A stretch of 64,000 nt of DNA from contig FIZJ01000006.1 in assembly GCA_900019385.1 (NCBI GenBank), positions 94,593 through 158,592 on the forward strand, given 5' to 3'. The notes beneath the pieces are model-generated. The model did no database searches and had not been told where the DNA came from. It was given only the letters and a program-made list of their open reading frames with translations. Shown one piece after another: positions 59,179 through 64,000 of the stretch. The translations under genes were made by a program, and so were the position numbers. Position 1 is the first letter of the stretch, and each line of letters begins with the position of its first letter. Source of the DNA: an uncultured Clostridia bacterium. GTDB lineage: Bacteria; Bacillota; Limnochordia; Darwinibacteriales; DTU012.

Positions 59179-60513
59179 ATGAGCCATATAAATACTAATC
59201 AACAACGTAAATTTTACTTGAAAACTCTAGGCTGCCAAATGAACGAGCATGATTCCGAAGTCATTGCCGGCATCCTCGCCAGGCTGGGGTACGTGCAGAC
59301 GGAAGAATGCACCGAGGCCGACTTGATTCTCTACAATACCTGCTCAGTAAGGGAAAACCCGGAACGGAAAGTCTACGGCCAAATCACAAGCCTGAAACAA
59401 TTGAAAGACAAGAACCCCGGTTTGTTGATCGGTATCTGCGGCTGCATGCCGCAGCAGAAAGAGGAGCTGGAAAAGCTCTTGGCCAGGCTGCCCCATGTTG
59501 ATCTCATTTTCGGAACCCACAACATTCACCGCCTGCCGGAGCTTCTGGAGCGCGCTCAGACTGAGGAGCGGGTAGTGGAGGTATGGGACGATTCACAAGA
59601 AGTTGTGGAAGACCTGCCAGCTATCCGCGCAAACAAGTTCAAAGCCTTTGTAAACGTGATCTACGGCTGCAACAACTTCTGCAGTTACTGTGTTGTACCC
59701 TACACCCGGGGAAGAGAACGCAGCCGTTCGCCAAAAGACATATTAAAAGAAGTCAGGCGGCTTGCTGATGAAGGTTACAAGGAAGTAACGCTGCTCGGCC
59801 AAAATGTGAACACCTACGGTGCCGATCTTGACGAGAAAACGTCTTTTGCCGAACTGCTTTCCCTAATTAATGATGTACCGGGCGTTGAAAGGATCCGTTT
59901 TACCACCAGTCACCCAAAAGACATGCAGGATGAGCTGATCGAAGCAATCGCCAACCTGCCCAAGGTGTGCGAACACCTGCATTTGCCTGTCCAGACCGGC
60001 AGCGACCGAATTCTTAAACTGATGAACAGGCATTATACAAGTGCATATTATCTTGATCTGGTGGCCAAAATAAGAGAAGCTGTCCCGGAAATAAACCTTA
60101 CTACAGACTTGATCGTCGGGTTTCCCGGAGAAACAGAAGAGGATTTTCAAGACACTCTGCGTTTGGTAGAAGCAGTAAGGTTTTCCTCGGCTTTTACGTT
60201 CATTTATTCTCCTCGGCCGGGCACACCTGCAGCCAAGATGGCGGATCAAGTACCTGAAGATGTGAAAAAAGAACGGGTTTACCGGTTGATCGATCTGCAG
60301 AATAGAATCAGTCTAGAGTATATGCAGGCACAGCTAGGCAAGACTGAAGAGGTGCTCGTTGACGAGTTGGCTGCCAAGACTGGCGAACTGTCCGGAAGGA
60401 CCCGAACTAACAAGCAGGTGCTGTTTTCCGGCCCATCCGACTTATTGGGCAAACTCGTGCAAGTCAAGATAACCGAGGCTAAAACCTGGAGCTTGAGGGG
60501 GGTAATGGCCTAA
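59179..60513 (+). CDS. miaB: tRNA-2-methylthio-N6-dimethylallyladenosine synthase MiaB. The ORF opens at 59110; the start is ATG 59179.
   Basis: N-terminal MTTase with TLGCQMN. Radical SAM CNNFCSYC, and a TRAM domain. Confidence 0.93.
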   Translation: MSHINTNQQRKFYLKTLGCQMNEHDSEVIAGILARLGYVQTEECTEADLILYNTCSVRENPERKVYGQITSLKQLKDKNPGLLIGICGCMPQQKEELEKLLARLPHVDLIFGTHNIHRLPELLERAQTEERVVEVWDDSQEVVEDLPAIRANKFKAFVNVIYGCNNFCSYCVVPYTRGRERSRSPKDILKEVRRLADEGYKEVTLLGQNVNTYGADLDEKTSFAELLSLINDVPGVERIRFTTSHPKDMQDELIEAIANLPKVCEHLHLPVQTGSDRILKLMNRHYTSAYYLDLVAKIREAVPEINLTTDLIVGFPGETEEDFQDTLRLVEAVRFSSAFTFIYSPRPGTPAAKMADQVPEDVKKERVYRLIDLQNRISLEYMQAQLGKTEEVLVDELAAKTGELSGRTRTNKQVLFSGPSDLLGKLVQVKITEAKTWSLRGVMA

Positions 60514-60528
60514 AAAGGAGGAACCGGT

Positions 60529-60882
60529 ATGTGGATTGACAAAAACCGGACCTTGATTCTTGACCGCAACATCGATACATGGCAGCTGCCCTTGGTTGCC
60601 GCTTCCGGTTCTTACCTGGGCAATGTTGTTGCGGAAGTGATCGAACCCAGGGCCTACATGGTCAGGTATTTTGTAGTTTTTGATCCAAATGCTCAGCGCA
60701 GGTTCCTGCTGCCATCCGAGTTGGTCACTGACATTGATGACAAGATTTTTTGTGATATCAACCCCAGCCAAACGGCACTGCTGCCCGAATACCACCAACG
60801 CATCGATCGCAGCCACGAACGGCGGATCTATCAAATCCTCAACCGCACTCCTTACTGGGAAGAGTCAAACACTGACGGCTAA
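60529..60882 (+). CDS. Hypothetical small protein (117 aa), possibly PRC-barrel-like. It occupies the slot between miaB and mutS.
   Basis: Strong AAAGGAGGAA RBS. Beta-rich. No confident family assignment. Confidence 0.5.
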   Translation: MWIDKNRTLILDRNIDTWQLPLVAASGSYLGNVVAEVIEPRAYMVRYFVVFDPNAQRRFLLPSELVTDIDDKIFCDINPSQTALLPEYHQRIDRSHERRIYQILNRTPYWEESNTDG

Positions 60883-60979
60883 AAGACTACGCCAAGTAGT
60901 CTTTTAGTCTTTAGGACACCCTGCAGGAGTTGGGTGCGGGAAAAGAGAAAAGAAGTAAGGACCGACGGAGGTGCAGCAG

Positions 60980-63595
60980 ATGACTGTCACGCCAATGATG
61001 CAGCAGTATCAACGGATAAAAAACCAATACCCCGATACCTTGGTGTTCTTCCGTCTAGGAGATTTTTATGAACTTTTTGGCGAGGACGCCAAGATCGCTT
61101 CCAAAGTTCTGGAGATCACCTTGACAACGCGAGACCGCAATGCGGAAAACCCCGTTCCTATGTGCGGGGTTCCTTATCATGCGGTCGACGGATATCTGGA
61201 AAAACTTGTCAGTCAAGGCTTCAAAGTCGCCATTTGCGAGCAGCTGGAAGATCCCAAACGAGCCAAAGGTGTAGTAAAGCGAGACGTAATCAGAGTCGTC
61301 ACTCCTGGAACCTTCCTTGAGGCGCGTGTGGAGGCCGGCAGCAATATCTATCTTGCTGCTGTTGCCGTAAAGGACGCTCAGTTCGGCCTGGCTGTCGTGG
61401 ACCTGTCCACTGGTGAATTCAAGGTAACACTGATTGACGATCCCGACAGTTTTCATGATGAGCTGACGCGGATTAAACCGGCTGAAATCTTGATCTCTGA
61501 GGCTGCAGATGATGCACTGTCCAGCAGTGTCGGAGATTTCAGCCCGACGATCACTAAGACAGCTGCCCGCAGCTGGTATCCGGATACATGTCAGTTTATT
61601 TTGGCGGAACATTTTCAAGTTCAAAACCTCTCTGTCCTAGGGCTGGATCACGAGCTTCTGGTCCAGAGCGCCGGCGCGGCTTTGGCCTATTTGCAAGAAA
61701 CACAAAAATCCACCCTGGCACACATTAACCAGATCGAACGGTATACTTTATCCGAATACCTGCAGATCGACGCAGCCAGTTTCCGCAACCTGGAGCTGGC
61801 CCGGACAATCCGCGAAGGTAGAAAGACAGGCTCCCTCCTAGGCGTGATTGATCAGACCATAACAAGCATGGGGGGAAGGATGCTTCGTACCTGGCTGGAA
61901 AAGCCGCTCTTAAGCGTGGAGAAGATTAAGCAGCGCCAAGCCTGCATTGACTTCATGTACCGCAACACTATGGTACGGATGGAACTGGCGGAACTGCTAA
62001 AGGAAATACAGGATTTGGAGCGGCTGACGAGCAGGCTGGTTTACGGCAGCGGCAGCGCCCGGGATTTGGTGGCCCTTAAGACTTCATTGGCACAGGTTCC
62101 TAGAATCAAAGCATTGTTGGGCAAAGAACAATCTGTGCTTGCCGCTTACGGCGAACAGCTGGACGAGTTGGCGGAACTAACGGAACTGATCAGCCGGGCT
62201 ATTGTCGACAACCCACCGATCACCGTCCGTGACGGCGGTTTGATCAAGCCCGGTTATAACACAGAACTTGATGAACTCCGTCAAATCAACAAAGACGGCA
62301 AATCTTGGATTGCCGCCCTCGAAGCCGCAGAGCGGCAGCGGACCGGGATCAAGTCTTTGAAAGTTGGGTACAATAAAGTTTTCGGCTACTACATTGAAGT
62401 AACAAAGGCGAATCTCGATCTCGTCCCGGACAACTATGAACGCAAGCAGACTTTGGCCAATGCTGAGCGGTATATCACTCCAGAATTAAAAACAAAGGAA
62501 GCGATGATTCTCGGTGCCGAAGAACGGATTACCGAGCTTGAATATGAATTGTTCACACAAATAAGAAGCAAGGTCACGGAGTATGTGGCTCAAATTCAGG
62601 AGAATGCCCGGATTCTGGCAGTGTTGGACGTTTTTCAGTGTCTGGCTAAAGTAGCCCTGGATCAAGACTATGTGTGCCCACAGATCACTTCAGAGCCGAC
62701 AATTATGGTTAAAGACGGGCGCCATCCCGTAATTGAGGCGCTGCAGGCAGACTTTGTTCCCAATGACCTGTCCCTCACAGACGAGCGGAGGATTATCCTG
62801 CTCACAGGCCCCAACATGGCAGGTAAGAGCACTTATCTGAGACAAACAGCTTTAATTGTCATCCTTGCTCAAATGGGAAGTTTTGTTCCGGCCAAAGAAG
62901 CTTCCATAGGCATTGTAGACAAGATCTTCACCCGCATTGGAGCCGCAGATGATTTGAGCACAGGTCAAAGCACTTTTATGGTGGAATGTAGTGAAACCGC
63001 CAACTTGGTGCGCCATGCTACAGAACGCTCATTGATCATCCTCGACGAGCTGGGGAGAGGCACCAGCACATTTGACGGTATGGCGATAGCCCAAGCAGTG
63101 ATCGAGTACATTCACGATCGGATCGGCGCCCGCACCTTGTTCTCCACTCACTATCACGAATTGACTAGGCTTGAGGAAACTCTGGACAAGTTGGAGACAT
63201 ATCAGATGGCGGTCGAGGATTTCGGCGGCAAGATATATTTCCTGCACAAAGTGATTCCCGGCAATGCCGACAAAAGCTACGGCATTAATGTGGCGAAGAT
63301 GGCGGGAATGCCTGGTGCCATTGTCAAACGAGCAGAAACTTTGCTTTACGAGTTGGAGGCAGGACAAAAGAAGCCGATCCAGCTCAATCTCTTCGACAGC
63401 TTAAGACATCCACTCACGGCAGCCGCCATGGAACAAGAGGCGAAAAACTATGCGGCGCTTGCGGAGTTGAAACATGTGCTTCTCAACGCAGATTTGAACA
63501 ACATGACACCGCTTGCAGCCCTCAACCTCATAGCCAGGCTGCAGCAACTGCTGAATGAAGGTGACGAAGATGAAGCGGATTCACGTACTTCCTGA
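60980..63595 (+). CDS. mutS: DNA mismatch repair protein MutS. The alternative GTG 60971 abuts the RBS.
   Basis: N-terminal ..TPMMQQY.., Walker [10 protein letters not shown], and the HTH/dimerisation C-terminus. Confidence 0.95.
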   Translation: MTVTPMMQQYQRIKNQYPDTLVFFRLGDFYELFGEDAKIASKVLEITLTTRDRNAENPVPMCGVPYHAVDGYLEKLVSQGFKVAICEQLEDPKRAKGVVKRDVIRVVTPGTFLEARVEAGSNIYLAAVAVKDAQFGLAVVDLSTGEFKVTLIDDPDSFHDELTRIKPAEILISEAADDALSSSVGDFSPTITKTAARSWYPDTCQFILAEHFQVQNLSVLGLDHELLVQSAGAALAYLQETQKSTLAHINQIERYTLSEYLQIDAASFRNLELARTIREGRKTGSLLGVIDQTITSMGGRMLRTWLEKPLLSVEKIKQRQACIDFMYRNTMVRMELAELLKEIQDLERLTSRLVYGSGSARDLVALKTSLAQVPRIKALLGKEQSVLAAYGEQLDELAELTELISRAIVDNPPITVRDGGLIKPGYNTELDELRQINKDGKSWIAALEAAERQRTGIKSLKVGYNKVFGYYIEVTKANLDLVPDNYERKQTLANAERYITPELKTKEAMILGAEERITELEYELFTQIRSKVTEYVAQIQENARILAVLDVFQCLAKVALDQDYVCPQITSEPTIMVKDGRHPVIEALQADFVPNDLSLTDERRIILLTGPNMAGKSTYLRQTALIVILAQMGSFVPAKEASIGIVDKIFTRIGAADDLSTGQSTFMVECSETANLVRHATERSLIILDELGRGTSTFDGMAIAQAVIEYIHDRIGARTLFSTHYHELTRLEETLDKLETYQMAVEDFGGKIYFLHKVIPGNADKSYGINVAKMAGMPGAIVKRAETLLYELEAGQKKPIQLNLFDSLRHPLTAAAMEQEAKNYAALAELKHVLLNADLNNMTPLAALNLIARLQQLLNEGDEDEADSRTS

Positions 63596-64000
63596 GTACA
63601 TATCGCAAAAGATTGCCGCCGGCGAAGTGATTGAGCGCCCGGTGTCGGTAGTCAAGGAATTGGTGGAAAACTCCATTGACGCCATGGCAACCAGCATTGA
63701 AATCGAAATCCGGGACGGAGGCAAGGAATACATCAGAGTCAGCGACAACGGAACGGGAATTCATCCTGATGATCTCAAGCTGGCGTTCCTTCCTCATGCT
63801 ACCAGCAAAATCACTAGTGTAGATGATCTTTTTTCCATCACATCGCTGGGTTTTCGCGGTGAAGCGCTGGCCAGCATAGCCAGTGTATCTTCGCTGGCAC
63901 TGAGGTCAAGAACGCCAAATACTACCACCGGGTATCAAATCAGTTTCGCTGAGGGCCAACAGCATGTAATAGAGCCTGTAGGCATGGATGTAGGAACTAT
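63570..64000 (+). CDS. mutL: DNA mismatch repair protein MutL, N-terminal 143 aa only; 3'-truncated by the window end
   Basis: [38 protein letters not shown] (GHKL ATPase N-terminus). The ATG overlaps the mutS stop. Confidence 0.9.
   Translation, partial: MKRIHVLPEYISQKIAAGEVIERPVSVVKELVENSIDAMATSIEIEIRDGGKEYIRVSDNGTGIHPDDLKLAFLPHATSKITSVDDLFSITSLGFRGEALASIASVSSLALRSRTPNTTTGYQISFAEGQQHVIEPVGMDVGT

Overview
This is a 64 kb chromosomal window from a spore-forming Firmicute, probably of the Clostridia class, with about 50% GC. Almost every gene is on the + strand and the gene order follows Bacillus-like synteny.

Contents, in order:
- 1-5.8 kb: the 3' end of a flagellar export operon (flhA partial, flhF, flhG, a PilZ-domain protein, fliA) plus two small unknown genes.
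- 5.9-31.3 kb: the conserved block rpsB-tsf-pyrH-frr-uppS-cdsA-[AI-2E/YtvI-like permease]-dxr-rseP-ispG-proS-[GT2]-polC-rimP-nusA-ylxR-ylxQ-infB-rbfA-nrnA(DHH)-truB-ribF-rpsO-pnp, with recognisable intrinsic terminators and a promoter/attenuator leader upstream of rimP.
- 31.4-40.2 kb: a conserved hypothetical protein, a histidine phosphatase, then spoIIM-xerD-deoB-pdp-dacF-spoIIAA-spoIIAB-sigF, matching the B. subtilis order.
- 40.2-47.4 kb: an accessory island (PHP phosphoesterase, GNAT, ExbB-ExbD-TonB-like energiser, a secreted protein with possible CARDB/cohesin-like domains, and an SLH/coiled-coil/C-terminal-TM protein), closed by a strong terminator.
- 47.5-57.5 kb: a chemotaxis and motor-switch operon, cheW-fliM-fliY-cheA-cheY-cheC-cheD-cheB-cheR-fapA.
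- 57.5-64 kb: a Gx-transporter family protein, two minus-strand membrane proteins (DUF421/YetF-like and DUF4363-like), miaB, a small protein, mutS and the start of mutL.

I found no rRNA, tRNA, CRISPR array or transposase.

The most notable observations are:
- A PolC that precisely lacks the 3'-5' proofreading exonuclease insertion and has a shortened N-terminus, sitting at the canonical replicative locus.
- The ExbBD-TonB-like module next to cell-surface proteins in an endospore-former.
- An unusually long charged C-terminal tail on NusA.
- A candidate NusA-type leader attenuator.
- Unannotated small ORFs in the frr-uppS spacer.
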